Assembly (NCBI GenBank): GCA_003971905.1
Contig: RSEE01000001.1
Span: 1-64,000 of the forward strand
DNA: 64,000 nucleotides
Direction of reading: 5' to 3'
Source: Moniliella sp. 'wahieum'
Taxonomy: Eukaryota
The notes beneath the pieces are model-generated. The model was not told where the DNA came from. It made no database searches and saw nothing but the letters and a program-made list of their open reading frames with translations. Below are positions 37,996-51,400 of this stretch, piece by piece. A program made the translations under genes and the position numbers. Numbering within the stretch: position 1 is the stretch's first letter; every line of letters begins with the position of its first letter.

Positions 37996-39599
37996 TGGCC
38001 TATGCCTTCGCCCGCGCTCGCCCGCCCCGCATCGGCAGCCTCATCCCCTCCCCTCCCCTACCTCCCCCCTTTTCTCCGTCGAAGACACAGAGCCCGCCGA
38101 CTGGGCTGCACTGGTCCAGCGCGCGACGTGAATGTCGCCGGCTTTGCCGCTCGCAGGTTTGAGCGCCACCAACGCCTCTGGCGCGAGTACCAGACCCGCC
38201 GTGCCGCTCCGCGCCGCCGCCACCGCCCCTGCCCACCGCCTACCTCCCCCCCGGCCTCATGAACCACCTACCTCCCCCTCGCTCTCGCACAATGCCGCGT
38301 ACGATGGGCCCAGCTGGGCTGGCGATGTTTCGAGTGAGGCAGGCATTCTGGACCTGCCCAACCCCTTTGGGCCTGCCAGTCCGTTGTCCCCCAGCTGGGC
38401 AGAGTGATGGTGGTGGGAGGAGGTACCCCTGGCGGCCTGTACCGATTGTGGTCGCAAGATCCCATTGGATGAGATGGAGCTGCATGTTTTTTCCGCGGCG
38501 CCCCACTCGCCTTCTTCCATTGACCTGAACTCCTCTTCTTCGTCGGAGGCTCGCGACCGAGATACGATACCGCCTTCTCGCTCGCCCCTTTCCTCGCAAG
38601 GCTGGTCGCACGGCCAATCTCAAACCAAACCACCCCTTCACCCTGTCGTCACAACCCTGCTCCAATCCCCACATGGGCCGCACCTCGCCTGCGCAGGAGG
38701 ACATTGTGGCGCTGCGAAGAAAACGGATTGCGGAGCAACGCGCCGCCGCCGCGCACGGATCGTCGGAGCGGTCGGACGAAGCGGCTGGCAGCGATGAACA
38801 GGAAGGGATTTTTTTTGGTCTAGGCCGGCCCTGACTACACAAGAGCCCCAACCGCTTTCTCCTCCGCTCCGACGTGGTACCGAGCCCTTTGGATCCCGCC
38901 GCCGCCGCTCTCGGCCGGCTGCGCTCTGCCCACCACGCCGCTTGCTCCGCCCCGGTCCAGCTCCAAGCACTTGTGCAGCGAATGTGAGGCGCCGCTGGGC
39001 TCGCGGTACATTTCCCACGTGGGCCGGAGGTGGTGCAAAGCGTGTTATGTGCAGCACTTTTTCCCCCGCTGTCCCACCTGCAGTTTGCCCGTGGAAGCCC
39101 AAGGGGTCAAGAGCAAAGATGCGTCGCTACCGGGCGTGTTTCATCGTGCTTGCTTGTGTGTGTGCGCATAAGGGCTGTCTTCTCCCGCTCACTGCCACGA
39201 GGCTGGCGAGCACTTTGTTTTCCGCTCCCGCCCGTACTGTGCTCGGCACTACCACGAGCAAGCTGGCACGCTGTGCGCGGTTGTGATCGGGGGTCGGGCG
39301 CCGCGCGTTTTCCGAGGGCGGGGTGTACCATGTATCGTGTCTGGTTTGCCAGTTTACTCCCGACCTGCTCGGCCAACGAGGCACGTCCAAGTCGTGCAAG
39401 ACAGTACGTTTTGTTCTCCTGCCTTTACTTGGTGCGCATGATTGGATGTACTAACCCGCCCTCGCCTCTGCGCCCAGCCGCTCGACACTTTTATCAGGTG
39501 GGCAAGAAACGGCTGTGTGAGGCGCACTACCAGGTGGTCGCGGCCCATGCGCTGTTAAAGCCGAGCAGCGTCTCGATTTTGAGACCCCTCAAGTACTAG
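37996..39599 (+). CDS. LIM zinc-finger domain protein
   Basis: C-terminal Cys/His arrays CSECEAPL..., WCKACYVQHFFPRCPTCSLPVE...GVFHRACL.C, ..HYHEQAGTLCA.C, ...RLCEAHY, after a low-complexity N-terminus. Confidence 0.7.
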
Positions 39600-41052
39600 T
39601 CCTAGGCTTAGAACTAGGCTGGTCACTTGCATACCCTCGCTTCTTCTGCTGTACCACTGCCGTGCCGCTCTTTGCCCCCCTCCCATCTGCCCTCCTGGGC
39701 AATCCCTCTCTTTCCCTCTCGTTTGGTTCTGGTTCGGCCTCTCACGCTCGGCGTGTGTTTTTCTCTTGGTCTTGTTGTGGGTCGGCCTAGGCTTCCCGGA
39801 TCATCTATCTATGTCCTGCATCTCTGTCACAGCAGCAGCGTATTGATAGCAGACAAGACATTCAACCCGTCAGACTTGTTTGGGAGAGACTTGACTGGCG
39901 GCGCTTGCTGAAAGGGCCCGCCCTTGGGGGTTTGGATTTGGATTGGGGGTTGGGTTCGTTTGCCTCGTCGCGCTCGCTCCATTATGCATAGCTTACTAAG
40001 TTGCCAGGCTCTGGTCTGCCTCCTGATCTCAGATTCGGGTTAGTTCACTGTCTTCACTCCGGCTTGCCATTCCGGCCCCCTCGGGTCCACTTCTCCTACA
40101 CAGCACGATCAGCGCCACGGCAGCCGTCCAAGCGCCACCACCTTCCCATCCCTCTCTTGCTCGGAAACCACAGCCTCGGCCTTGTGCCCTCCCCCTCCTC
40201 CTTATCCCTGGGTTTATATGCTCTCGCACGGGCCGGCCTGGCGCTTCCCACTCTGAAGGCAGTGCATCCCAGGGGGATCCGGTGCCCGGGCAAAGCGCGT
40301 GCGATGGCCGGGTGCCTTGCCCACTGCGAGCGCGAAGAGGGCTGTCTCCGTCGAACTTGGTTGTGCCACAACGGACCTGCCCAGGCGCGTAGAGTGGCTG
40401 GAGGCGAGGCGGGGACGGATCGACGACGCTAGCCCGTGCCCTTGAAGTTGGAGCGACGAGGGCTTTGGATGGGGGTTGGCTCTGCAGGAGCTACCAACTA
40501 AGCTACCGCCGCTACCTGTCATTCCGTCCATGGCGATCCTCCTTGCTTTTGCCAGGTAATACCCAACGTCCTGTTGGTTAGTGGTAGTGGCTGGATACGT
40601 GGATCCCGAGTTCGCTGGCTAATTGGCCTCTCACTCGACGCCATTGGAGCGGCGGCCTTAGTTGATTCTCCCCATCCTTTTCGGCTGACACTATAGATAC
40701 GGAGCAAAGAGTTTTTCCATGTCGGCGTCAGAGGCATGCATATCAGCGTTCCACCGCAGTGGGAAAAAGCCCTTTTGAGATGTGAGAGGGCACCAAGGGT
40801 GCTGGCCCCACAGAGAGGAGAGGGGGAGGGGGGTGAATGGGAAGGAAGGGGGAATTGGAGGCATAGAGGTGAGGGTGGGCGGGTCGATGGGCCGATGCAG
40901 GCGTGCCAAGGCAAGGCAAGGCAAGGTAAGGTGGGGCTACGTGCTACCCTGGTTCCTCCCCAACGAAACGAACACGAAGAGAGCGACGCCCACGAAAACG
41001 ACGAGAGAAGAGCGGAGGAGCAACGAGGCCAGCAATAGATGACCAAAGTAGC

Positions 41053-41647
41053 TTAGTTCTTGCTCTCCTCCTCTTGCTCGACGGCCAGGATGGCAGCGCG
41101 CTTCTCGGCAATGCGTTGGGCGCGGCGCTCGCGCATGGCCTTGTTGCGAGACCGACGGGCCTCCATCTGGTCTGCCAGGTGCTTCGAGCGCGCCTTCTCG
41201 GCCTTGGCCTTGTGGATGTGCTCAATCAAGACACGCTTGTTCTTAAACACGTTACCTTTGCTCTGAGGTAAAGTTCGTGGTAGAGGTGCTTGTCAATCTT
41301 GCCCGCCTCCGCGCGGTACTTGCGGAGCAGACGACGCAGCACGCGCTGGCGCCGCATCCACAGGATCTTGGTAGGCATCCGGGCCTCGGCCGTACCAAAG
41401 CGCTTACCGTGGCCCGTGTGGCGACCGAGACGCTTGGCCGCGTGCAGCGCACGCGCACGGCCCTTGACTGGCCCACATCGGGCTGCTTGAGGATTTGGCC
41501 CTCGGCAACGAGCTTGCGGATGTTGGCACGGCTGTTGGCGTTCGCAATCTCGCCCTGCTCGGCCGGGTCGAGCCACACCTTGCGCTTGCCCACGCCGAGC
41601 ACACTGGCGGCAAGCCGCTTTTGGATCCGAAGGTTGCTACCGGCCAT
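41053..41647 (-). CDS. RPL19: 60S ribosomal protein L19 (eL19)
   Basis: [93 protein letters not shown]. Confidence 0.96.
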
Positions 41648-42007
41648 GGTTGAGTCTTGTGGGGGGAAACAGACGGAAGGGTGGATGGTCAGAGCGACGT
41701 TCGGCGCCCGTCGCCATCCATCCAGCCGGTTCCACCCCCCCGCCCACGCTCGCCCCGCGCCGTGCCGCAGTATACCGCACGGCGCCAGTGTCGGTGCATG
41801 CAATTTTTTTCGGTGCGCGGGGCGGAGAGCGGTGCAGGGTGGCCGGCGCAGCCCTAGGACGGAAGCAGGGTTGGTGGATAACCCTCCACCGCTTGGCTCG
41901 AGGCGGTCGGGGCAGCCGCGTGGCCGTGCCAGGCCAGCCAGCTAGCCAGCCAGCCCTCTCTTCCACCACCCACCACTGGCTCATCCTAGCTTGCTGTTCT
42001 CCTCACC
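41648..42007. promoter_or_regulatory. Shared bidirectional promoter of RPL19 and RPS27
   Basis: 360 bp between divergent ATGs. It contains an RRPE-like CAATTTTTTTCG (41801-41812) and AGGGTT/AACCCT telobox-like half-sites (~41867-41886). Confidence 0.55.
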
Positions 42008-42346
42008 ATGGTACGTGTTGCTGCCCTGGCCGTTGTTGGCGCCGTCGTGCCCGCCGCAGCGCCGCTGACTCGCTTCGTCTCTCGCCTCTCGCCTCCCTCA
42101 GACTCTTGCCGTTGACCTTCTCAACCCCAGCGCCGAGCAGCAAGCGCGGACGCACAAGCTCAAGCTGCTGGTGCAGCAGCCGCGCTCCTACTTCCAGGAC
42201 ATCAAGTGCCCTGGGTGCTTTCCCTGACCACGGTCTTCTCGCATGCGCAGACGGTGGTGGGTGGGCTCCTGCTCCCAGGTCCTGGCCACCCCAACGGGCG
42301 GCAAGGCACGTCTGACCGAGGGTGCTCCTTCCGTCGCAAGATGTAA
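42008..42346 (+). CDS. RPS27: 40S ribosomal protein S27 (eS27); intron 42011-42101
   Basis: ATG|GTACGT...GCTGAC...CAG| followed by [64 protein letters not shown]. Confidence 0.95.
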
Positions 42347-43329
42347 CTCGATCCGCCTTGCCCAGTGCCTAGCGCCCTTGTCGATCGTTTTCCTCTTGTC
42401 CCTCTCTCTCTCTAGGTGTCTGTGGCCGATCGTGCCTCTCTCGGCACGGCGACCCGGTGCTTTGCCACGGCCCCACCCATACCCCGGATGGAACTGCCCG
42501 GCTGCGACGACACGATCCGCTGGCCAGCTCCCGGGTGAGTCGAATCCAATTCGTTTCGGCTTGCCCGGCCTGGCTGCCCCCCCATCCTTCCCCTTTTTCC
42601 CATCCATCTGCAGACATGTTGTTGCCGTCCTTGTCCCTCTAAAAATTTGGCCCTTGCCAACTACGCATGCTCATTGTTTTGTTTGTGCATAGTTTCTCAC
42701 ATGGGCGGTAGCCTTGTACGCTTGCGATGCAGGGCAGACACCATTTTAGATAGCTTGCCAGTTGGGGGGTGGTGATCGATGACATGGACACCTGGAATCC
42801 GGATGGTCCTCGAAGGGAATGCAATCGCACTGGTGGTGGTGGTGTTCCAAGCGAACCACCGACGCCTACAGAGGAACATCAAGCTTCAAGCAGCGAGTCG
42901 CCACCAGGAGCTAAACTGCGGAACAAGGAAAACAGGAGAGAGAAAACAACGGAGCTCCAAGGCCTGAGGAGGAACTGAAGGGACGTTGGCCAAACACGAG
43001 CCACGCGATGCACGATGGCTCAACAGAGGGGATCTCCGTAGTACCGCTAGCCTTGGTTCGCCTTAAGCTTGACCCAGGCCCCGACCCAACTGAAGCCGAC
43101 ACCGAATGGGTTCCACCGCAATCACGGAACTTTGTGTAAAGTAACCTAGTAACCCCCCCCCCCCCCCCCCCCCCGCTGCACACCTTCCAGTAAAGGCTGG
43201 CGCACGAATCGAAGCCAGGTGTGGATCGCAGGTGGAGCAGCGCTTGGGAGACACCGCAGCTCCCGCTGGGACTATGAAGCCAGGGGAAGGGTCGGGTGCG
43301 GGGACCGTTGCGCCCGAGCCAAGGCGGTG

Positions 43330-43938
43330 CGGAGCTAGTTGCGTGGTGCGGGCGCAGCGGACGACCAAGCTCGCGACAGGGCTGCACGCCATGCATTCAG
43401 ATCCGTCTCTTGTCTTGGTCCTGGCGGTACGGTTCCACTCCATGGGTAGCTACTACGCCCCTGCGACACACGAACAGCAGCAGCAAATAGACGCACTCAC
43501 TTGCCATCCAACGCGCGCGCGAGGTGCGCTCTGCATCTGGGGCAATCCAACCCACACGCACAAGATGCCGTCCAGCCCGTCCAGTCGGACACGGGGATAC
43601 CCACCGAGCCTGGCTGCCACCCGCGCACCGAGGCGGATCGGATCATCTCTGCGCTGGAGTGTCCCGCAGAACGGCGGAGGGCTCCGCCGGCTCAGTCCGC
43701 TCCTCCTGCTCATCCTGCGGCGCAGGCGTGGGAGCGCGGGGCGAGGCAGTCAAGTGGTGGTACAGCAGTCCGAGAGCCAAGAGCGCGCCGAGCACGATCG
43801 ATCGCTCGGGCCACCAGTTGCGTCGCGAACGGCGTCGCATTCGCATCTGTCGTCGAGGAACTAGGCGCTAAGAGACAGCGGCGTGCGCACGTCCAGGTCG
43901 AGCCCGGTCGTTTGAGCGATCCATCGGCGTACGGCCAT
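43330..43938 (-). CDS. Possible small hypothetical membrane protein
   Basis: ATG in good context (ACCATGG at ~43938), a hydrophobic segment SIVLGALLALGLLYHHL, and an intron-like GTGAGT donor at ~43500. It is divergent from the Vps3-like gene. No family was recognised. Confidence 0.35.
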
Positions 43939-44211
43939 GGTGGTTGTGGTGGGGGAGGGCGCCTGGATGGAGGTAGGTGGTCCGAGTCCCGCCAGGGCCA
44001 AGTGGTTCATTTGACGCACGTGACGTGAGGGCAGCAGAACCGAATGAGAATGAGAATGAAATTTCCAGCCGCCAGACGGGGGCGGGAGGGGGTGCTGACA
44101 TAAGCCCCCCGCACGCCGGGTACGGCGCCGCGCACGAGTGGAGCCAGCTGGTTATCCTCCCTCTTACGCTTGCTGCCCCCTGCACCACCACCACGGCTAC
44201 CAGATCCCGCC

Positions 44212-47200
44212 ATGGCCAGCGAGTGGCCCGAATGGGGACTGCGGCCGCTGGCTGTCCAGCTGCAGGGCGACGCCAAAATCCGCTGTGCCGAGGCGGCTGA
44301 CGACCTGCTGCTCGTCGGCAGCACCGACGGCTGGGTGCGCTCGTACGTGCGAGCGCGTACCGCAATAGAGTCCTGGACGCTCGTTGGCGCTGTATCTGCC
44401 GCGCGCTCAGGCAAGGCGGCGGAGCGGTTACTCCTTCTTCCGCTGCTGGGTGTGGCGGCGGTGTTGGCCGAGGGAGTGCTGGCGTTTTACCACCTGCCCG
44501 ACTTGCGCCTGGTTGCGCGCGCCCAAGTGCCCACCATCAAGGGCGTCTCGCTGATTGTTGCAGACGAAAGTGTGCGCACAGAGCCGGAGCTGGAGTGGGG
44601 CAAGGATGGAAGGCCTTATGTTTCGTTGGCGCTGGTACGGCGGGAGAAGATCACGTTGGTGCGTCTTGTGCTCGAGGCGAGTGGCCGGTTGGAGTGGCTG
44701 TTGGAGCACGAGGTGTCGTTGCCCGTCACGCCCTTGGCGGCTTCGCGATGGGGAAAGTGGATGTTACTTGCGACGTTGAAAGAGTATGTGCTGGTGGATG
44801 TGGCGCAGGGCGGGTGGTGGAGCTAGGCCTGCCGATTTCGCAAGTGGGTGCGGCGCCAAGCCCAGCGACGCGTCCGGCCATTGTTGCCCTCCCACGCTTT
44901 TCGGCGCGCAGCCACCGGGCCAAGCGGCCCGTGTTTGTCGTCACATCCCATGCGCCCGACGGCAGCTTGGGCGTGTTTGTCGATCCCGTCTCGGGCGACA
45001 TTCAAGCCATGTTGATCGAATGGCCGGCGCATCCGCGCAGCCTCACCCTCGCCTTGCTCCCGCAGCCGCAGGGCACGTGGCGCGGGCAAATTGTCGCCTT
45101 GCTGCGCAACGATCGGATCCAAGTGCACGAAGTCGACGTTGGGTACGGCATAGCCTCCCTTCCCCCTCCCACCAAACAAGTCCCACCCGATACCCAACCT
45201 GGCTCCTACACGCCCCAACTGCTCCTCGACACCCCTTTACCCCCGCATGCACCGATGCGCGCTTCCTTTCCTCGGGCAAGCACGACTTTCACCTTGCGCT
45301 TCCTGCTTGCGCCCGCTCATCGCCCCGGCCTTCCTCGGCGCGCGAGCCGGTCGAGGCATGGGACTTGCCCGCGCAGCTGGCCGCGGGAGAACCGGTGGAC
45401 GAGGATAGTGTGGACGATGCGACGTGGGCAGCGCGCTTGACGGCGCTGGTGCCTGACCCGCTCGCCGCACGCGATGGCGATGGCGATGGAGAGAGGCGAT
45501 GGCGATGCGCCGCTGCCGGTGCCGTTGATGGGAGCGACGGACGTGGGTGGCAAAGCGTCGATTCTACTCGGCACGGCCGAGGGTCTATTTGTCGTGTCGC
45601 GTCCTTCTCTCGCGTCGCGTGCGCGGCCGCTACTGCGGTCGGGGCGGATGCGCGAACTAGGCTCGCTGCTCGACTCCTTACCGGGCAGTACGTGGGACGC
45701 AGACGCTGCGCGGGCCGGCGTTGGTCTGGCACATGCACTGGCGCACATTGTAGGCTGGGTGCACTTACGTGCGCTGCGGTTCGAGATGGCGTTCACGTCG
45801 CTGCAGCGCGCCAAGGCACCGCTCAGTTGGCTCCTCGATTTGGTCCCTGACCTGATCGCCCGACTACCGCGCTTGGTCGCCGCGCACGACGACGCAGTCG
45901 CCGTACCCGCCTGTGTCGCTCGCTGTTACCCCCGTTTCCACCCGGACCCAAACAGCGTCACCTTGACCGCGCTGATCCGGGCCAACCTGGTGATGAATTA
46001 TGCGCCGTTGCTGGCGGTGCCCTCGGTGGCCGAGCTGAGCAGGCGGCTGGGTGCGGGTGCGGGTGCGGGCGCAGACGCGGGCGCAGACACGGGCGGGGCG
46101 GGGCCTGTGGAACAACTGTTTGATGCTCTGGCCACTTCGGCGCGTGCGCACCTGGCGCAATGGATTGAGGTGGCGCGGCACGATCCGCGCTCGGCGCATC
46201 TTGCGCCCGAGGGCGAAACAGCGCGCACGTTGTCCACGGTGGTTGCGCAGATCTATGCGCTGGCGCCGGTGCGAGATACAGCGTCGACGATCAAGCTGCA
46301 TGCGCTCTTGCCCTCGGATTCGGTCGCGCTTCCGACGGAAGAGGCGGATGACTTGGCGGCCGTCGAGTGGGACCGTGTGCGGCCGCTGTTGGAGGGCCAA
46401 GGCAAGTGGCACCCCTTGGCGCGTCTGGCGCAAGCCGAGGGAGATGCACCTACTTTTCTTTTGCTCGCCACGGCTTTGGTGGATGGGAGCAAGGTGGATG
46501 GCGCGCTACGCATTGCCTGGGCCGAGCACGAATATGCGCTGTCGACGCAGCAGCGAGTGGCAAGAAGCGCAGTGGGCTGCGCATCAGCGCAGTCTTTCCG
46601 GCACGGGCCTGGAACGCGTACCCGAGGGAGACGGAACCGGAGACGAAGCGCGAGGAGCCAAGACGGTGCCGTTGGCGCTCAAGCCGTTGGCCGTGGCTGA
46701 TGTGCTGGCCACGCTGCAGCGCGCTGGCTCGCCGCCCTTGGTCCAACACTACGCGCCGTGGGTGGTGCAGCATGCCGAACCAGCCTCGGCCGTGGCAGCC
46801 TTGTCGCATGCGCCTGTGCCGCCCGACCAGGCCGTGGCACACCACGAGGCCGTCTTGCGTGCCATCCGCGCTGTGGACGCCAAGGGCGAAACCACGGCTC
46901 GTCTCTACCTGGAACAAGTCGCGCTGGCGCTCCCTGCCCCCCTCGCTTTACGCCGTCTGCTGCTACACAATCTATTGGAGGAGCTGGCGGGCGCGTTGCG
47001 CGGCGAAAGCAACCACGAAAGCGACAGCCAAAGCGAAACCGAAAACGAAAGGGAAACGAAACCAACAACGAAAGCGACCATGTGTCACCCATGCGTTCAC
47101 TACAGCAAGCCTACCAAAACGGGATGTATGCCGAGTCATTTTTTGCCCACTTGGCTCTGCACGCGTCGAGCGCGCCGATCAGCGAGCCGTCGTCGTCGTC

Positions 47201-48261
47201 GTCGTCGGATGCCGTAGAGAGAGGGGCGGCGGAGGATCGGGCGGCGCTGGCGGTTCGGATCCGGATCAAGCTCATTTTGCTCTTGCAAGCATTTGCTCTG
47301 CAACTCGTGCCGCCCGACCGGGCGCCGCTGCCGCAAGCGGGCGAGGAGTGTGCGGCGCTGCTGGCGCAGCTGAGGCAGATGGGCCACGAGGGCTCTTGTC
47401 GTACGAGCAAGCGATCCTGCTCGGGCCGCTGGGCCGGCATGCAGAAGCGTTGCGTCTGCTTGGCATCCAGCTCGGCGACACTAACTCGGCCGAGACGTAT
47501 TGTCTGCTGCTGGGGGTGGTGGTGGCGCCAATGGTGGCCAAACGGGTGGCCAGCATGCTTGCCCCGGCCCACCGCTCCTCGCGCGCACGCGGCCACCGAC
47601 GCATGACGACGGCCGGGGTGGAGCTGGCGTCGCTGTATGGCCACGACCCCACGCCGCCGCCGGGCACGAGCGGGTGCGGGGTGTGGGTGCGGGTGCGGGC
47701 GCGCCGCGGGCCACGGAGCCCGAGACGGAGACGAGCTTGCAGCTGGAGACGCTGCCTGGGTATGCGCGCCTGCTCGCGCACTGCGCCGGCTCGCTCGGGG
47801 CCGACGGCGAGCGCGGCACGGCGCCGACGGGCGGGGAGATGGAGCCGAGGGAGGTGAATCGGCGGGAGCTGTTTATGCAGCTGCTCAAGGTGTACACGCA
47901 TTCGCCCGACCGGTACGTGTGCGCTGTGTGTTGTGTGTGGTGTGGGTGGAGTGTGAGTGTATGCTGACAGGGGCTGGGCAGGGAGCGGCTGGCGCTGCCG
48001 CTGCAGCACCTGCTGACGACGCAGAGCATGCGCCTGGAGCCGACGGCGGTGCTGGCGGAGCTGGAGGACGGGGTGGAGCTGGCGCGGCTGCGGACGTTCC
48101 TGATGCGTGCGACGCGGCGGGAGGCGCACGCGGCGCAGGTGGCGCAGCTGCTCAAGCACGCGGCGGCGGCGGACGAGCGCGACACGTCGCTGCGCACGTT
48201 CGGCGTGCTGCGCGCGCGGGGGGGCTGGCGGGTGGATGTGGATGCGAAGCAGGTCACGTGA
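44212..48261 (+). CDS. Vps3/Vps39 (TGFBRAP1/Vam6)-family CORVET/HOPS subunit with N-terminal CNH beta-propeller
   Basis: KIRCAEAADDLLLVGSTDGWVRSY (CNH start), GSLGVFVDP, IEWPAHPRSL, RLYLEQV, and the C-terminal clathrin-like repeat YEQAILLG.LGRHAEALRLLGIQLGDTNSAETYC. There is an intron near 47912-47990. Confidence 0.75.
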
Positions 48262-48475
48262 GCGAATGCAATGTGAGCGCGAGACGGGGGCGGCGGGGCT
48301 GCATAGTGGGTAGTGGGTAGGAGGACGGCGTGTGAGAGGGTAGGGTTGGCGTGTGCTGCGCTGGCAGGCGGCTGCCTGGTACGCTTCGGCCGCCATAGCA
48401 CAACCACGCGCAGGCCCCCCCAGCGCAGACCCCCCCAAGCGCCTGACCCCCACCGCGCAGCGCCTCCCCAGCGGC

Positions 48476-51400
48476 ATGAACTCGCTCTGGCGCGGCCTCA
48501 GCAGCCGCGACCGCCGCGACCCCGCCGCCGCCTCCGCCGCCGCCGCGCCCAGCCCGCCCACCCCACCGCCACCGCCATCTCCACCGCCTCCGCCGCCCCC
48601 GCCCCGCCCCGCTCCGCCTCCGTCCCGCGCATCGACTCGCCGCCGCCGCCGCCGCCACCGCTGCCGCCACCGCCACCGCCGCTGCCCCTGCCACTGCCAC
48701 TGCCACTGCCACTGCCCCTCCCCCGACGCCTCCCCCGCCCCCCAGCCAGACCCCCCGCTGCCGCCCAGCCGCCGCGCGCGCCCCCTCGCCCCTCCCGCCC
48801 TTCTCCCCATCCCGCCCCACCGCCTCCCCCCCCGTCCCCGCCGGCCCCACCTCTCAGCCGACCACGCCCACATCCTCGCATGGAGCCGCGACGAGCAGCC
48901 CGCTGCGCCGCCCGCCGCGCTGCCCGAGGCTGCCGCCTGGACCCTCCACCCGCGCGTCGCCCTCCCGCCACTGCTGGGGATTGAAAACTTTGGCAACACG
49001 TGCTACGCCAACTCGATCCTCCAGGCGCTGTATGCCTGCCAGCCCTTTCGCTCCCAGGTCCTCCAGTCCTCCATCCACAGCTCCGGCTCCACCCCGTCCT
49101 CCACCGCTGCCACCTCGGTCCCCTCCCTGCCGGCGTCGGCCTGCCTGCGCCTCCCGCGCCCGACGACGGGCCGGTCGTCGCGGCCCAAGCCACCCTGTAT
49201 GCCGCGCTCCATGCTCTCTTTACCAGCATGCATCATCGCCAGTGCCAGGCCCTGCTGCCGTCGCCCGAACCCGAACCCGGTGCTGGCCCGGCCTCCAACG
49301 GCGATGCCAAACCGCCTCCCACGCCCGTCTCTCCTACCGCAACCAAAGAAGGCGGCCTCTTCTCCAAACTCACCTCCCTCTCCTCCACTCCGGCCGAGAC
49401 GAAAAGGCACGTGTGTTCCTTCCGGACGGGGCGGCTATGCTGCGTCCAACTCCATCTCTGCGCCGTCGGGGTGGCAGGATCGGCGGCCGCACTGCCCAAT
49501 GGATCGGCCCAGCCAGCCTCCGGCGCAACGCCAACGATGAATGAGGAGGAGGAGGAGGTGTCGCGGGTGGGTGCGAATGGAACGGCGTTGGTGGCAACGT
49601 CGCAGATTGCCTCCTTTCTCAACGCGCTCAAGAAAAGTAACCTCGAATTCGACTCGACGATGCACCAAGACGCCCATGAAATGCTCAACTTTACGCTCAA
49701 CCGCATCGCGGAAGACCTGTCGCCGCATCAAGATGCCTTGCTCAAGACCTGGGTCCAGCGCCTGTTCGAAGGCGTCTTGACAAACGAAACGAAATGCCTC
49801 ACATGCGAAACGGTACGTCTTCCTCTTTCTTTCTTTTAACCCCCCCCCCCTCTTCAAAAAGGCTGACCCTCCATCCCCTTGCTCTGTTCAGACCACTTCA
49901 CGCGACGAAAAGTTTCTCGACTTGTCCATCGACATTGAGCAAGACATGTCGCTCTCCTCGTGCCTGCGGGCGTTTAGCGCGAACGAAGTGTTGCGTTCGC
50001 GCAACAAGTTCTTTTGCGATGTGTGCAATGACCTACAAGAAGCCGAAAAGGGAATGCGAATCCGTGTGCTGCCCAACGTATTGGCCCTGCACCTGAAACG
50101 GTTCAAGTACGAAGAGCAACTCCAGCGCTTTGTCAAGCTGTCGTATCGTGTCCCGTTCTCATCGGAACTACGGTTGTTCAACACGTCCGAGGATGCCAAT
50201 CATCCCGACACGCTCTACCGTCTCTTTGCCATTGTCGTGCACATTGGTGCCACCCCCCACCAAGGGCACTACATTGCGCTGGCACGTGTCGGTCCAAGGA
50301 CGTCCACGGGTCCGAGGAGCAGTGGGTCTTGTTTGACGACGATCATGCGCAAACCGGTGGAACCCGAGTACCTGAATCGCTTCTTTGGCGATAACCCGGC
50401 AGCTGGTTCGGCCTACGTCTTGTTCTACCAAGCCGTTTCTGGCTCGGACGAGACCAACCCCGCACCCGCCCCCAAGGAAGAGACTGGCGACCTCTTTCTC
50501 CCCATCCCTGACGACCTGCTCTACCGCTACGCGCAGGCGGAGCAGGATGAAATCCGTCGGCGCTCGCCGGTCTGCCCACGCCGTGGTGGAGAAGGAACGA
50601 CACACGTTCTCCTTCCCATGGGGAAGCAACACCATGCCTCGCCTCCCCAAGCCCCAATGGAGAACCACGATGAAAGCAGCAACCCGGCCAGCCTTCCCTC
50701 GCTGCACGCCATGCCCGCCAGCCCGTCCTCCTCCTCTTCGAACGGGATCATCGCCTCTCCCGGTGCGGGCCGGCCGGCGTCGTCGGGTGGGCCCAACGGG
50801 TTGACGTCGTCGAACCAAACACTGGGGCTGGGGCCTAATGGCCACTCCCGTGGCTGGTTTGGCACGTTTAAGCGCGACAAGCGGCAAAACAGTCTAGCGC
50901 CCTCGTTGGCGCCTTCCACCAACTCCATTTCCACCCCCCCCACGCACACCTCCCACGTCTCCTGCCCGCATCGACGACAACGGCGTCGGCGGGAGCGTCG
51001 CACGCCAACTCGGCCGCTCCTTCGACCGACAGTGCCCATACCAGTCGTGCCTCGTTGGTCAGCACCCCGCAGCCGGCCCCGACGCCTTCGCCTACTTTAC
51101 CCCCCCGTGCGTGGGGAGGTGGGGAGCGAGACGCCGCGCCGGACACTGGTTCGGCCCTCCACCGCACCGCGCGGCTCGTCGCGCGGGCCAGCGCCGCCAC
51201 CACCCGTACGCGTGCGTACCGGCTCACTCGTCTCGCGCCGGGCGTGTTGTCCTCCTTTACGTTGGTCAAACCAGAGGAAGAGACCGCGACGCCCGTTGGT
51301 CCGCGGTCCACCTCGCCGTTGCGTCCATCGGTGCTGGCGCGGTCTCCTTCGCCGATGAGCTCGGCACCGCACCATGTACGCAAGGGTCCTGCGCCTCCGC

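Noticed and set aside
40200..40800. Possible degenerate gag zinc knuckles on the minus strand (…GKAPGHRTRF…)
   Set aside because: The required Cys residues cannot be recovered in any frame and no LTR, protease or RT sequence is nearby, so the evidence is too weak.
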